From positions 320,001 to 384,000 of the forward strand of contig CAWHXP010000003.1 of assembly GCA_963833425.1 (NCBI GenBank): 64,000 nt of DNA, given 5' to 3'. The notes under the pieces were generated by a model. The model did not search any database and was not told the origin of the DNA. It saw only the letters and a list, made by a program, of their open reading frames with translations. A program made the translations under genes and the position numbers. This document shows positions 1 to 11,281 of the stretch, one piece after another. The stretch's first letter is position 1, and the number at the start of each line of letters is the position of its first letter. This stretch comes from an uncultured Methanosarcinaceae archaeon. Lineage in GTDB: Archaea; Halobacteriota; Methanosarcinia; Methanosarcinales; Methanosarcinaceae.

Positions 1-203
1 TTTTTGATTTATTTCTTCAAATCATCGCTTCTTTGCTAAATAAGTTTGTTTTTGGTACCATGGTCAGAAGTAGTTCCCCCGCCTCTTTGAATGATGAGAT
101 ACACATTGAAAATTAGACGTCTGTAGCTATATATTGTCAGTTCACAGATAATATCGTGCGTGTTTTTGAGTATATAGTACAATAGAGTACGCCATACCAT
201 ATA

Positions 204-291
204 GAATATTTTGATAAACTCCTAAATTTATCATGTGATTAAAAACTATATATAGATGACTCTTGAAAATCAGAGATTTATAGAAGTATTA
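204..291. mobile_element. MITE family A copy (degenerate)
   Basis: gaatattttgataaac...tgactcttgaaaatcagagatttatagaagt matches the ~88-bp consensus with IS5-type ends GAGGATTTCGATAAAC / GTTTATCGAAATTCTC. Confidence 0.6.
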
Positions 292-344
292 ATCTTCTTG
301 GTTTATTTGGTAATACTTCATTAATCTTATTTGGAGATGCTTAA

Positions 345-797
345 TTAATTTTCTTCAGGACAACAACTGCTTTTATTATGCTTGATTCTCCCACAAATAC
401 CTATTCTTGGATGGCCTAGAGAACGACAAATCTTATTAACCACATTTCTTGAGATATACCCCTCAAACTTTAAAGCTTCATCACAAGCTTCACACCCCGA
501 AAGTCCATAGTGAGAGAGCATCAATTCTATAACTCTGTGACGTCTAACCAAAAACTCAGCATACTCGGTGCCCTTGCATGTCAGACTAATGCCCCTATAA
601 GGCAAATATTCTATAAGACCAGTGGAAGACATCTCTTGCATGGTTTTAGTTATTGTCGAAGGGTCAAGGTGAAAATTATCTGATATGTCTGTTGTACGGA
701 CAATACCTCCTTTCTCAAATATATATTTTAAATATTCACTTTTTTTAGGGCTTAACTCTAGACAATTATTGCATTTCATAATTTGGTGTATATGCAT
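345..797 (-). CDS. DtxR/MntR-family metal-dependent transcriptional regulator
   Basis: EYLKYI, wHTH (RTTDIS..LDPSTITKTM), LTxxG..A..LVRRHRVIE..L, EA..FEGYIS, LGHP; the true start may be the second Met (MKCNN). Confidence 0.9.
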   Translation of the reverse strand: MHIHQIMKCNNCLELSPKKSEYLKYIFEKGGIVRTTDISDNFHLDPSTITKTMQEMSSTGLIEYLPYRGISLTCKGTEYAEFLVRRHRVIELMLSHYGLSGCEACDEALKFEGYISRNVVNKICRSLGHPRIGICGRIKHNKSSCCPEEN

Positions 798-812
798 AAA
801 GTATTTAATATT

Positions 813-829
813 TTTGAGTATGCCCCAAA
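813..829. promoter_or_regulatory. candidate DtxR-family operator (TTTGAGTATGCCCCAAA)
   Basis: 17-bp imperfect palindrome just upstream of the regulator; a similar site TTTGGTATATAACCAAT lies at 1953-1969. Confidence 0.4.
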
Positions 830-1289
830 TTTATAGTGAATTCCATTTCTGAGAAAAAACATATCGAAAGTCTTATGCTTGCTTTTTCAATAATTCACTC
901 TCACAAATTAAAAAAATCAATATCATTAAAGATATAACTATTATAAAAAATGAACTTAATCACAATGTCTATTGAATTTGCTGTCGTCCTCTAAATGGGT
1001 AGATCCTATGATATAAAATGAGAATGCGATTCGTAAAAATAATGAGATCTATAGTTTATTGTTAAAAACTCCAGGAAGAGCGGCGATTTTTCTGTGAAAT
1101 CACAAAGAAGTTACTTGGTAGTAAATTTCAGATTGAAGAACAAATTACACGCAGCACGCAAAAACTTGACTTTGAATTTACAGCAAAACTCGACATTATC
1201 CAATTCCATTTTTTAAAAAGAAATTATTTTTTATAATGTTTTTATAAATAAAATCGGGATATCTACTGTAAAATGAGGGTGAAATAAAA

Positions 1290-1488
1290 ATGAGATTTAA
1301 TGAAAGAGGGGATTCTTACAGAAGTGCTTGTAGAGACTAACAACGGTGGTTTTAAAGCTTTAGTAGTGATTATAGAAAGATGTCAAATGTATTCGCTCTG
1401 ATTGCGGCGTTGAAACCGAAGTTCCTATCAAACCAATTGAAGGATGCTAGTTTACTGTAGAACTTGTCTACCAAAACAAAGGAGTGAT
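1290..1488 (+). pseudogene. CxxC-x17-CxxC zinc-ribbon protein pseudogene
   Basis: RBS gagggtga then MRFNERGDSYRS...NNGGFK...SDCGVETEVPIKPIEG..VYCRTCLPKQR spread over several frames with stops. Confidence 0.7.
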
Positions 1489-1952
1489 ATTTTCAAAAAT
1501 TCCTAATTTTCGGTTTTAATTATTCTCAATGAAAACCTTATGACAACATGGCTCTCAAATTTTTTATTATTCTCATATCCCATTTATGTATTGTCCATAA
1601 GTTATTGACCAATTGTGATAAAACAAATAATATACCCAAATTTGAGAAAAATTTAAGCCGATTATTTTGCTCACAGTTTTCAGTAATTTGCGAATGCTAT
1701 ATGAATTCATTCCAACAGTAAAAGCATATTTTAAAATATGTCTCTATATCATGATTTTAAAATTTGCATGGTGTACTAGATCTATTAACATGAATTGTCC
1801 ATGATGCCCGGATAATAAATATGGATATGAGCTTCGAAAACAAAATTGAATATTCTTTTATCATCTAGTTGATTTTTTCATTCAGTTTATTTTTGCATTT
1901 AAATAATTATTAATATAACTTTAATGTTTTATATTTTATATTGTACAAAACA

Positions 1953-1969
1953 TTTGGTATATAACCAAT
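1953..1969. promoter_or_regulatory. candidate DtxR-family operator upstream of the metal ABC operon
   Basis: near-perfect palindrome TTGGT-ATATA-ACCAA. Confidence 0.45.
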
Positions 1970-2152
1970 AATTTATCAATGGGTACTATAATGAGCTCAA
2001 ATAAAAAAATTCTATCTGAAACTTATTTGATTGAGGGACAAAATAAAAATGAATCATCAAAATTATTGATTTTTGAACAGTTGGATATTTAATGCTGTTA
2101 TCTTTCAGTTCGATTCCATAAAATCCTATTCATTTTTAATCATTTAGGATTC

Positions 2153-2267
2153 CAGGACTTTCACAGTTTAACTGAGAATTAATAGGATTTACCCTTTAAC
2201 TGCTGAAAATGCAATTTTAGCCACAAAGTTTATTGTGCTTTTTTGTACCTCAAATGCATAAGTCCTA
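2153..2267. mobile_element. MITE family B copy
   Basis: ends caggactttcacagtt ... aaatgcataagtccta, ~115 bp. Confidence 0.6.
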
Positions 2268-2391
2268 GATTTTTCATAATTATTTTTATGATAAGAATCT
2301 AGACTCTAGGCACAAAATACGCGATTCAAATAACGAATTTCGAGCCCCATAGCAGCTAAATAATTTATTCGCATCTATTAGGTAGAAAATT

Positions 2392-3342
2392 ATGAAATAT
2401 ACGACTTATATTGCCATAGGAGTGGTGATCCTTATTGCCCTCTTTTCTTTTATAGCAATAAACGGATCTCACCCAAGTACTTTTGACGCCAATAATAATT
2501 CCGTTGCTACCAATACTACAAAAACCATACAAATTGTTGCCGCTGAAAATTTTTGGGGTAGCCTGGCATATCAAATTGGTGGAACGCGTGTCAAAGTGTT
2601 GAGCATAGTTTCGGATCCCAATGCCGATCCACATGAATACGAAAGCAACACTGAAAATGCGCGTGCATTTGCCATAGCAGACTATATAGTTGTTAACGGA
2701 GCTGGATATGATAGCTGGGCTAACAAGCTTATTGGAGCTGGTGTTAAATCGAACTGCAAAATTTTGAACGTGGCAGAGCTTCTTGGAAAAAAAGAGGGTG
2801 ATAATCCTCATTTATGGTATAACCCTGATTATGTGAACCTGACCGCGAAACAGATGAAAGAGGATCTTATCTCTATCGATCCGACCAATGCTGCATATTA
2901 TGAACAGAATTACGTAAGCTTGCAATTATCGCTTTCAAAATACCAAAATAGAATCATTGAGATCAAACAACAATTCAGAGGCACGAAAGTAGCAGCCACA
3001 GAAAATATCTTTGCATACCTGGCAAACGCTACAGGTCTTGACCTTGTTTCACCTCCTGCGTTTACTCAAGCTGTTGCCGAGGTGAACGACCCGCCAGCAG
3101 AGAGCATTGTACAATTTGAGACACAGCTTAAGAGCGGAAATGTGAGTGTGCTGGTCTATAACCAGCAAACTGTAACGCCGATTACGAATAATATGAAGAA
3201 ACTGGCTACGGAAGAAGGCATACCACCAATTGGTATCACAGAAACTATACAGCCGCCAGATGTTTCGTTCCAAAAGTGGATGAACTCAGAATTAATCTCT
3301 CTTCAGAACGCACTAAATGCGAAAGCGCTAGGGAAAAGATAA
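2392..3342 (+). CDS. znuA: Zn/Mn ABC transporter substrate-binding protein (ZnuA-like)
   Basis: N-terminal TM anchor; DPHEYE, NGAGYD, NPHLW motifs. Confidence 0.88.
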   Translation: MKYTTYIAIGVVILIALFSFIAINGSHPSTFDANNNSVATNTTKTIQIVAAENFWGSLAYQIGGTRVKVLSIVSDPNADPHEYESNTENARAFAIADYIVVNGAGYDSWANKLIGAGVKSNCKILNVAELLGKKEGDNPHLWYNPDYVNLTAKQMKEDLISIDPTNAAYYEQNYVSLQLSLSKYQNRIIEIKQQFRGTKVAATENIFAYLANATGLDLVSPPAFTQAVAEVNDPPAESIVQFETQLKSGNVSVLVYNQQTVTPITNNMKKLATEEGIPPIGITETIQPPDVSFQKWMNSELISLQNALNAKALGKR

Positions 3343-4140
3343 ATGAACGCAAACTATTCTAACATTATTACAGTTGAAAACTTGGCGGCCGGATACCAGA
3401 ACAATATCGTTTGGCAGGACGCCAATTTTACTATAGACCACGGCGAGTTCGTAGCGATCATCGGTCCCAATGGATCGGGAAAAACAACCCTGTTTCGTTT
3501 GCTTCTCGGGATGCAACAACCTATTCGAGGCAACATTAAGATATTTAATACCCTGCCTAAACGCGGCAATCCACATATAGGTTTCGTGCCACAGAGACAC
3601 TTAATTGATCCAGAAATGACTATCGAATCCCTTGAATTGATAAGACTCGGATTTTCCGGAAAAAGGTGGGGTTTTAATCCATTTTCCCAAAAAGATCGCG
3701 AATACGCTCATGATGCGCTAAAAGCCGTTGGAGCAGAAGCTCTAGCTCATCGTTCCCTAGGCGTATTGTCGGGCGGAGAATTGCAGCGGGTATTTCTAGC
3801 TGAAGCGTTGGTCAGCGACCCCGATTTATTATTGCTCGATGAACCATTGTCAAACCTTGATATTAGAGCTGAGCAAGAATTGGTGCAGCTTATCGATAAT
3901 GTGGTTCGGGCGCGCAATGCAACAGCATTGCTTATCGCTCACAATATTAATCCCCTCCTGCAGGTTCTTGACAAAGTGATTTATATAGTCAACGGTAAGG
4001 TGGCGATCGGCAAGCCTAAAGAAGTCCTAACGTCGGAATCTCTATCAGCTCTATATGGGACCCAGGTTGAGGTCCTGCGTGGTTCTCAGGGCCAGGTCGC
4101 AGTGATAGGTATCGAAGAAAACCAGCATCATTATGATTAA
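3343..4140 (+). CDS. znuC: metal ABC transporter ATP-binding protein
   Basis: GPNGSGKTT, LSGGELQRV, LLLLDEP, H-loop; abuts znuA. Confidence 0.9.
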   Translation: MNANYSNIITVENLAAGYQNNIVWQDANFTIDHGEFVAIIGPNGSGKTTLFRLLLGMQQPIRGNIKIFNTLPKRGNPHIGFVPQRHLIDPEMTIESLELIRLGFSGKRWGFNPFSQKDREYAHDALKAVGAEALAHRSLGVLSGGELQRVFLAEALVSDPDLLLLDEPLSNLDIRAEQELVQLIDNVVRARNATALLIAHNINPLLQVLDKVIYIVNGKVAIGKPKEVLTSESLSALYGTQVEVLRGSQGQVAVIGIEENQHHYD

Positions 4141-4990
4141 TATGTCATTTAGTATTAATTTATTAGCTGACCTGCAGGAAATGTTGCAGTACAGATTTAT
4201 GCAGCATGCCTTCGAGGCTGGAACTATAGTTGCGATTATCGCAGGCATCGTAGGTTACTTTATAGTGCTTCGTCACTCATCGTTCGCAGCGCACGCCCTG
4301 GCTCACATTGGCTTTGCAGGAGCAGCAGGCGCAGTACTCTGTGGGATCACTCCTATAATAGGCCTTCTACTGTTCACGAGCTGTGGAGGTATTGCGATAG
4401 CATTACTTGGTCGTCACGCAGCTTCGCGCGACACTCAAATTGGGATAGTCCTTTCATTCATGCTTGGCCTTGGTGTTCTGTTCATTAACCTATATAGTGG
4501 CTATGCAACCCAAGCATACTCTATTTTGTTTGGAGAAATATTGGGTATTAGTAACAATGATGTCATTGTAACACTTGTTGCCAGCCTGGTGATTCTTATT
4601 TCAATCGGGATTGTATATCGACCACTCTTATTTTCATCTCTTGACGAAGAAGTAGCAGAAGTAAAAGGATTGCCTACGCTTTTGCTTGGAATGATTTTCA
4701 TGCTTATGGTCGCGGTTGCGACATCTTTCGCCGTTCAAGTAGTTGGTGTCCTTCTTATTTTCTCATTAATGATCACCACAGCAGCGATAGCTCATAGATT
4801 TGCAAAACGGCCCAAACAAGGTATAATGATCTCCATATTTATTGCTCTAATATCTACGTGGCTCGGACTTTTTATTTCGTTTTATGAGCCTTACCCAGTG
4901 AGCTTTTTTATAACTAGCATAGTATTCGTTCTTTACATTATTACTCTAATTTTTCAGAGAATTAAAGCCAATTCGAAATTCATCACTTAA
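4133..4990 (+). CDS. znuB: metal ABC transporter permease
   Basis: ABC-3 motifs (AHALAHIGFAG, SILFGEIL, VGVLLIFSL); overlaps znuC. Confidence 0.9.
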   Translation: MINMSFSINLLADLQEMLQYRFMQHAFEAGTIVAIIAGIVGYFIVLRHSSFAAHALAHIGFAGAAGAVLCGITPIIGLLLFTSCGGIAIALLGRHAASRDTQIGIVLSFMLGLGVLFINLYSGYATQAYSILFGEILGISNNDVIVTLVASLVILISIGIVYRPLLFSSLDEEVAEVKGLPTLLLGMIFMLMVAVATSFAVQVVGVLLIFSLMITTAAIAHRFAKRPKQGIMISIFIALISTWLGLFISFYEPYPVSFFITSIVFVLYIITLIFQRIKANSKFIT

Positions 4991-5649
4991 TAATGATTAA
5001 GTGTTAATTTTTTTTGATAATTATACCAGGATCGATAACTTCGCATTTAAATAAATTTATAGATATATATTAAATTTATAAATATAAATGTTCACAACCG
5101 ACTGCCATTGAGTACAAAGTATAGAAATTTGCTGCCTATTTCAACTATCTTATCCACTAAAAGTTAGATTAATTTTTAAATTACTTTTTCTTGAGAAAAT
5201 ATATGACATTCTGTATACATCTGCAGAAAGTGAGTTGAATTGGATTCTTAGAAAATGGGATTTTTCTATTCAATCATTTATTAAGAGTTACAACTTCATA
5301 AAAAAATTATGAATCCAACTGCCTAATGGAAGGAGTGAAGCTCTGGCTTAGTATGTAATCTTTTAATAGTAGTTTGCAGAAGGTACAAAGCTTTTTAGGA
5401 AAAAATAGATATTAAATAATGATTAAGTTTTAGCGATTTTAAAATCCATACTTTACTATAAAGAGCCTAGTATAATTATCTTTAACCTAGATATGAGGGG
5501 GTATACCCATATATGCCTATGGAAATACTACCATACTTTTTCAGGAGTGATACTTTAAAGTTTAGAGATCAGATCTTATTAAATAAAGATCTCGACAACT
5601 AAGACTGCAAATTGAGACAAAAAAATTAGGAAAGAAAATCTCTTAAATT

Positions 5650-7251
5650 TTAACGAGTAAGTCCTATCCTTTCATTCCTTTTCTTTTCAGTCTGCATGTC
5701 AAAAAGCATTCCGAAAAGAAGCATTTGAAGTCCTGCACCCAATACAAGGAAGCCAAGAAGAGGATAATAGGGGGGTAGGGAATTATGCAATAGCATCTGC
5801 AGAAAACCCCATAGTCCCAAAAAAAAGCCTACAGGTAGGGCAATCATTCCAATGAAGTAGAATAATACCAGAGGATGGAAATCTAGCACAGTATATTTTA
5901 TTCTTAACCTCCATAGAAAGCCCCTGAAAATCATGGGAGCTACTTTTTGAATAAACTTGCAGTATCGGATCTTGGATTTTTCTCTGCCGTAACGGGCGGG
6001 TATTACCACATCCATTACTCTCATTCCAAAAGCATTAAGCTTAATTAGCAAATCGTTACAATAACCATAATAAGGATAAACTGAATCTAGGTCTATAACC
6101 TCAAGGGCCTGCCTGGAAATAGCTGTATATCCGTTCTGGGGGTCCATAACCTGCCAGTAACCGCTGCTTATTTTTGTGATAAAACTAAGAAGAAGGTTTC
6201 CAAAAGATCTCCATTTGCTCATTCCGATCATAAAATTCTCGGAAAGTAGCCTATTGCCCTTTGTATAATCAGCTTTCCCCTCAATTATTGGGAAAATTAA
6301 CCTGGGGAGCTGAGCAGGATCCATTTGATTGTCTCCGGCCATAACAGCAACTATATCCATTTCATCTTTAAGGGCAAGTTTATACCCATCTATGATTCCT
6401 GCACCTACGCCTTTGTTAAACTCATGTCGGAGGTAAACTATCCTAGGATCTCCGAACTTTTTTACAATCTCACCAGTGCGATCTATACTACCATCATCGA
6501 TTACATAGATTTTATCTACATATTCAGGTATCCCTCTAAGAGTCTCACCTATGAGCAGTTCTTCATTATATGCAGGTACGACGACTCCTATACGCGTATT
6601 CTCAAGCTTTCTGAATATGGGATCAACATCGAAGCTCAGGTAATTTACTTTAAGCTTCTCAGTTTTCGCCGCATATAGCAGGGATTTTAAAGACAAATGC
6701 TCTTTGTCTAAACTTATTTGCTGCAGGGAATCTGAGGTTACGGCAAAGAAACCGATTTTCTCCTTAAAAGTATTTTTTCCATTAAGAAGCATCACTGTTT
6801 CTTGCTCACAGGATACACGGCAGGGCCAGGAGCCTACAGACAAATCAAAACCTTGCTTTATTGGCTCAAGAACATGTGAGAGAAGATCTATATCCTGCAT
6901 GCATTCGGGATAAATAAGGACTACAATATCAGAATCAATAGATGATTTATAAATAACTTGAAGCAGTGATTCCTCTCCGCCTGTTAGAGGAATAACTCTT
7001 GCCCCTCCTAGAGCCGCTACTTCCATAGTTCGATCGGTAGAACCGCGATCAAGTATGAGTACACGGTCAGCATAACTTGCCGCTAATAAGACTTTACTTC
7101 CAATGGAAGCTTCCTCGTTTTGAGTTGGAATCAAAACAGTAAACTCATGTCTGAGAAGCCTATCGATAAGTTGAGATCGTGAAGATGTCATACTAATTGG
7201 GTCGGAAATTAGCAAATTTGAATCAAGTGTAAGGACTGAAAACAAACCCAA
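5650..7251 (-). CDS. GT2 glycosyltransferase with a tandem, degenerate N-terminal GT2 domain
   Basis: VLIPTQNEE..DRGSTDRT, then VVVPAYNEE..IDDGSIDRT..AGDNQMDP..DPQNGY; two C-terminal TM helices. Confidence 0.88.
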   Translation of the reverse strand: MGLFSVLTLDSNLLISDPISMTSSRSQLIDRLLRHEFTVLIPTQNEEASIGSKVLLAASYADRVLILDRGSTDRTMEVAALGGARVIPLTGGEESLLQVIYKSSIDSDIVVLIYPECMQDIDLLSHVLEPIKQGFDLSVGSWPCRVSCEQETVMLLNGKNTFKEKIGFFAVTSDSLQQISLDKEHLSLKSLLYAAKTEKLKVNYLSFDVDPIFRKLENTRIGVVVPAYNEELLIGETLRGIPEYVDKIYVIDDGSIDRTGEIVKKFGDPRIVYLRHEFNKGVGAGIIDGYKLALKDEMDIVAVMAGDNQMDPAQLPRLIFPIIEGKADYTKGNRLLSENFMIGMSKWRSFGNLLLSFITKISSGYWQVMDPQNGYTAISRQALEVIDLDSVYPYYGYCNDLLIKLNAFGMRVMDVVIPARYGREKSKIRYCKFIQKVAPMIFRGFLWRLRIKYTVLDFHPLVLFYFIGMIALPVGFFLGLWGFLQMLLHNSLPPYYPLLGFLVLGAGLQMLLFGMLFDMQTEKKRNERIGLTR

Positions 7252-7993
7252 TCTACCCCCTTATGCATTTGCATATGCTATACCCCCTCTATGTGTATGA
7301 ATACAAAAATATTAAATGTAATCATACAAAAAATTATTAGACGCCGGACTATATAAAGTTAACACCTGACTTAATTTAATGTAACCAAAATATTATGAAT
7401 TAAATAAAAAGTAATATTTTGTCCCATCCAATGAGTTCTCATAACAGAAGAAAAGCTAAATCAATTGGGTAAGACTTTAATGCATATGATATTTGGAACA
7501 AAAGACCAACAATTCAATAATAAATTACAAATGATGACATTAATAAGCTTATTTGCGATTGAAGGTAACATTTGGCTAAGAGATACAGTATCCTTACCAA
7601 TAATTACTAAGATTTACTGAGCGAATTTAGGTCAGCTGACTTTAATTAACTCTCGGCTAGTTATAATTTTTTCAGATAGTTAGTAACCAGACTATATATA
7701 GGATCAAACTAGACTTTTGCTAACTTATTTATGGCAAGCTTAATAGCTGTATTAGAGTCTCTTAATCTACCTAAATCCATAGCTTAGATGCTATCTAGAA
7801 GAAGTTTTTTGTTCAAATTAGTTCTCCCTAACATTATAAATGAATTTTCGAGAGTTGATTATTTTGGTAAAATAAAAATCTAAACAGGAACATAATAAAT
7901 AGTGAAAATTTGATGTTCATCGAAATCTTCTTTACAGTTTAATCAGGGTTCTATGCACACATGTGAACTATAAAATCCATATTCACATGCATT

Positions 7994-8327
7994 CAGGGCT
8001 TAAAAAAATCTTCACATGAAAAAAACAATTGCGTATTCCATGAAGATAGGGAAAAAGAATAAAATAATAACATTTTCTCAGGTAACACAAATGTCATTAT
8101 CAAGAGCTTTTTTCCTAAATAATTCATAAAACCGAAAATTTAGATTGTGTCCTAGATAATACCAAGAACTTGAAAGCTATAACCCGCTTTGAACTTGGGG
8201 GGCGAAGAGTCCAAGGTATAAAACAAGTGAATTGATACTATAGAAAAAAAATATTAATATAGAGCTAAAAGTTTCGTTTGAAGAAGATTATTCATTAAAG
8301 GTAAAAATTATACAGTTTCAAGCCCTG
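7994..8327. mobile_element. possible internally deleted IS derivative
   Basis: inverted repeats CAGGGCTT...AAGCCCTG (10-bp perfect match including flanking bases) around ~330 bp with no ORF. Confidence 0.35.
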
Positions 8328-8967
8328 AACGATTTAGTTCTCAATTTATCAAATATTTAAATAAATTTTGGTTGTTTTTTTGTTTGTTTAGACATATAGA
8401 TGTTCTAACTCTGTTCATTTTTACTTAAATAGCCATCCAAAAAATCCAGTATTATTCTTAGCAATTCCAATCGATGTAAATCTCCAAATAAGTACATAAC
8501 ATATTTTATCTAAGACTTTTTTCCTTTTTGGTGTTTTTTAGCATCGAACAACTGTTCTATTTCCTGGCCTTATGCCTCAATTTTCCAGAATTTGTTAGCC
8601 AAGTTTCTCTTTTAAATTCATATTATCAATACATTTGGACCAAATGTTGCTGGTCTTCTTCTTTTGAAGTATCCTAAATTATTCTCACAAACCAAAGCTT
8701 TAATATAAACCACAATTACTCAATAAGGGATTTTAACTTTTTCGAGCGGCACATTTTTCGTATTATCCGGACTCAAAAATCTTGCTCATCTAATCTCAAA
8801 TAAGATAGCTATTGATATTGTTTTATCCAAAATAAATGATTACAAAAATACTATTAATTTCGCTATAGCATTAGTTAGAAAAGCTGGCTTGAAGTTGACA
8901 TAAAAAAGCTATTAAAAGGAATTAATAGAAATACCTTCATACAGAGATTTAACGAATGGGGTAAAAG

Positions 8968-9267
8968 ATGATGCCTACAAAAGAAGAGATCGAAGGCCAA
9001 ATTATGCAACTTTGGGATGAAATATTTACGCTCGAAGACAAATGTAAGGAAGAATTAGATATCAAATGTGCAGAATGGCGGAAAGTAGAACCATTATTGG
9101 ATAAAGGCATAGATGCAGTGTTAGTACATATAGAGTCAATGAAAGGAATTAGCTCTGAAAGTCTACTAATCTATAAAGAAGTCAAAGAAATCAAAGAAAG
9201 ATATAAACAAAAGATGGATGAAAAACATGCAAAAATAGATGCTCTGAATAAAGAGGAGAAATGCTAA
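8968..9267 (+). CDS. hypothetical helical protein (99 aa)
   Basis: open ORF with ggggt RBS and charged amphipathic composition. Confidence 0.65.
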   Translation: MMPTKEEIEGQIMQLWDEIFTLEDKCKEELDIKCAEWRKVEPLLDKGIDAVLVHIESMKGISSESLLIYKEVKEIKERYKQKMDEKHAKIDALNKEEKC

Positions 9268-10194
9268 AAGATATATTGGTTAGCTTTTTAAAAATATGAA
9301 GGAAAAAATCTAACCAATCTTCATTGTCTATATAAGGCATAGAAAAAATAAAAAAGAAAATGAAAATTTTTCATGATTCATGCATACACCATAGGCTCAT
9401 AAGGGTTTTTTAACATAGTAAGAACCTTAAAGAACTTTTGAGCATTTTTTTCATGAATTATTTTGACAATCCGAACATTATTTATCCTTTTTTAATAGAA
9501 AAAGTATTATTATGAAACATCAGCCTGAAAGATCTGTCTTTAGTAACTGTATCGTATGTAACTTATTATGGGTATAAACCGTGTTTGAAGACATAATAAA
9601 TTGGATCATCAGGAATTTTAAGATATATAGGAGCAAATAATAAATTACTCCTCAAATAAAAATTTGTGAATTTTTACTTTTTTCTCTGAAAAGGTAGTGT
9701 AGCTAAAGTTCTGTAAAATATAATTGGCTATATTTATCTTTTTCTTTCACAACAAAAAGTAGAATATAGGGACAATAGTTTTGCTGACCAGATTCTGTAT
9801 ATATTGGTTTTACTGATATTGGAATTTAAGGTAAAACCTAAGTATGTCCTCTACAACAACTTTCTTTTACCATTTTTTTTGCACTACTATTACGCTCACA
9901 AACCTGCAAGGATATAAAAACGCATATCAATAAATGTATAAAAAACTAGTTTATTTTCAGTCCAATTTGCGATTGTTTTGTAAGTCTGATATTAACTGTT
10001 GCCTCATTTTCATGATTATACCTGCCGAATGTTCACTGATTAAGATGTGGTAACTTACCTTATAATAGTGATATATAATATAACTAATTCCTTACATATC
10101 GATCTTATGAAATTTCTATAACTTCAATGCATTTGACCACATTTTGTTTAAAATTTAGGGAGAATCAGAACAAATTAAAAAGAGTCTGACATTC

Positions 10195-10865
10195 CAGCGA
10201 ATATCTAGCAGTTTATTTCCCTTCTTCTGGAATTGTATGCCATCTTCACTCCATCGCATCCCACTTCTTCACACTTAAAAAATTGATTACTGGCTCAAAT
10301 TATGTTGGCAAGTTGGCGTTTACGTCCATTAGTGGTGATATTCGGATTTCATTTAAATCCTGCTCAACTCTTCCACCGATTTCAGATGAAACCCCATAAC
10401 AAATTAGCCGTATAGAGAAATAGTAAATGAGAGCACAGTGCTAGATCGATCTCTTTGTCACCGAAAGGTAGCAAGAGTAGTTTCAGGGACGTATCTCTTC
10501 TGGATTGTGTCTTTTGTGAAATCTTCCAGAAATTTCGCCATAGCTAACATCCTGATCATCTCGAGCTTCTTAACCGAGCCGAATCTTGCCGAACTAATTT
10601 ATTACAGTTTCTTCAGGTCTGGTTAATAATTTAATCATGTTCTTCAACAATCCGCATTTAATCTGGTAAGCGCTGAAAATAGTAAACAAGATAGATAGAT
10701 ATGACATTTCCACCTCGCTCTATAAACTCTGACTTGAAACTTGTTGGTCTATATCAACAGTCCATTATCTTTCGTTTGAGATCAATAGGAGTCAGACTGA
10801 ACACCCTGAAGTACTCATCTAAAGATCTACCCATGAATTTTTATCACGGTATTTTATTATCATAC
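10195..10865 (-). pseudogene. SAM-dependent methyltransferase pseudogene
   Basis: fragments GRSLDEYFRVFSLT..RKIMDC*, IRMLAMAKFLEDF, GDKEIDLALCSHLLFLY, EIRISPLMDVN, FQKKGNKLL with stops and frameshifts. Confidence 0.8.
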
Positions 10866-11150
10866 AGTGCACTTTAATGCACTTAATTGCAGTTGATATC
10901 AAATTATTTTTACATTTGTTTTGAATAATTATATTTTGGAATTTGTAGTATAACTATTTAAATAAAAATAGATGTATTATTTTTTTTAAAATTTGACTAA
11001 AAATATCCTTTGATTTTGGCTGAAACTGGAAATAGGCTATATTTCACTTTGAAACTTATGCATAAAATGTGCATTTTTTTTCAATTTCTGGAAGAAAGAT
11101 TCGAATATCTCAGAGCCCGTCTTAAATTAGGTTTGATTCTACATTTTAGG

Positions 11151-11261
11151 TAGGAATTACGCATTTAACTAAAAAAGGAGCACTAAACCGTTAAATGTCT
11201 TAAATGTAAATGAAACATATGTCTAATGTTCTTAATTTTTACTTAAAGTTCGCAAGTCCTA
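11151..11261. mobile_element. MITE family B copy
   Basis: taggaattacgca ... ttcgcaagtccta. Confidence 0.65.
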
Positions 11262-11281
11262 TAGTACATAGACACGCCACT

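Noticed and set aside
5339..5467. Possible third MITE family with GGCTCT...AGAGCC ends (also ~11036-11118)
   Set aside because: Ends too degenerate and interiors unalignable by eye
8400..8800. Minus-strand transposase-like fragments (IEQLF..)
   Set aside because: Too eroded to assign a family without a translated search
10190..10300. RSGMRWSEDG read as a transposase motif
   Set aside because: An alternate frame of the methyltransferase pseudogene tail explains the region better
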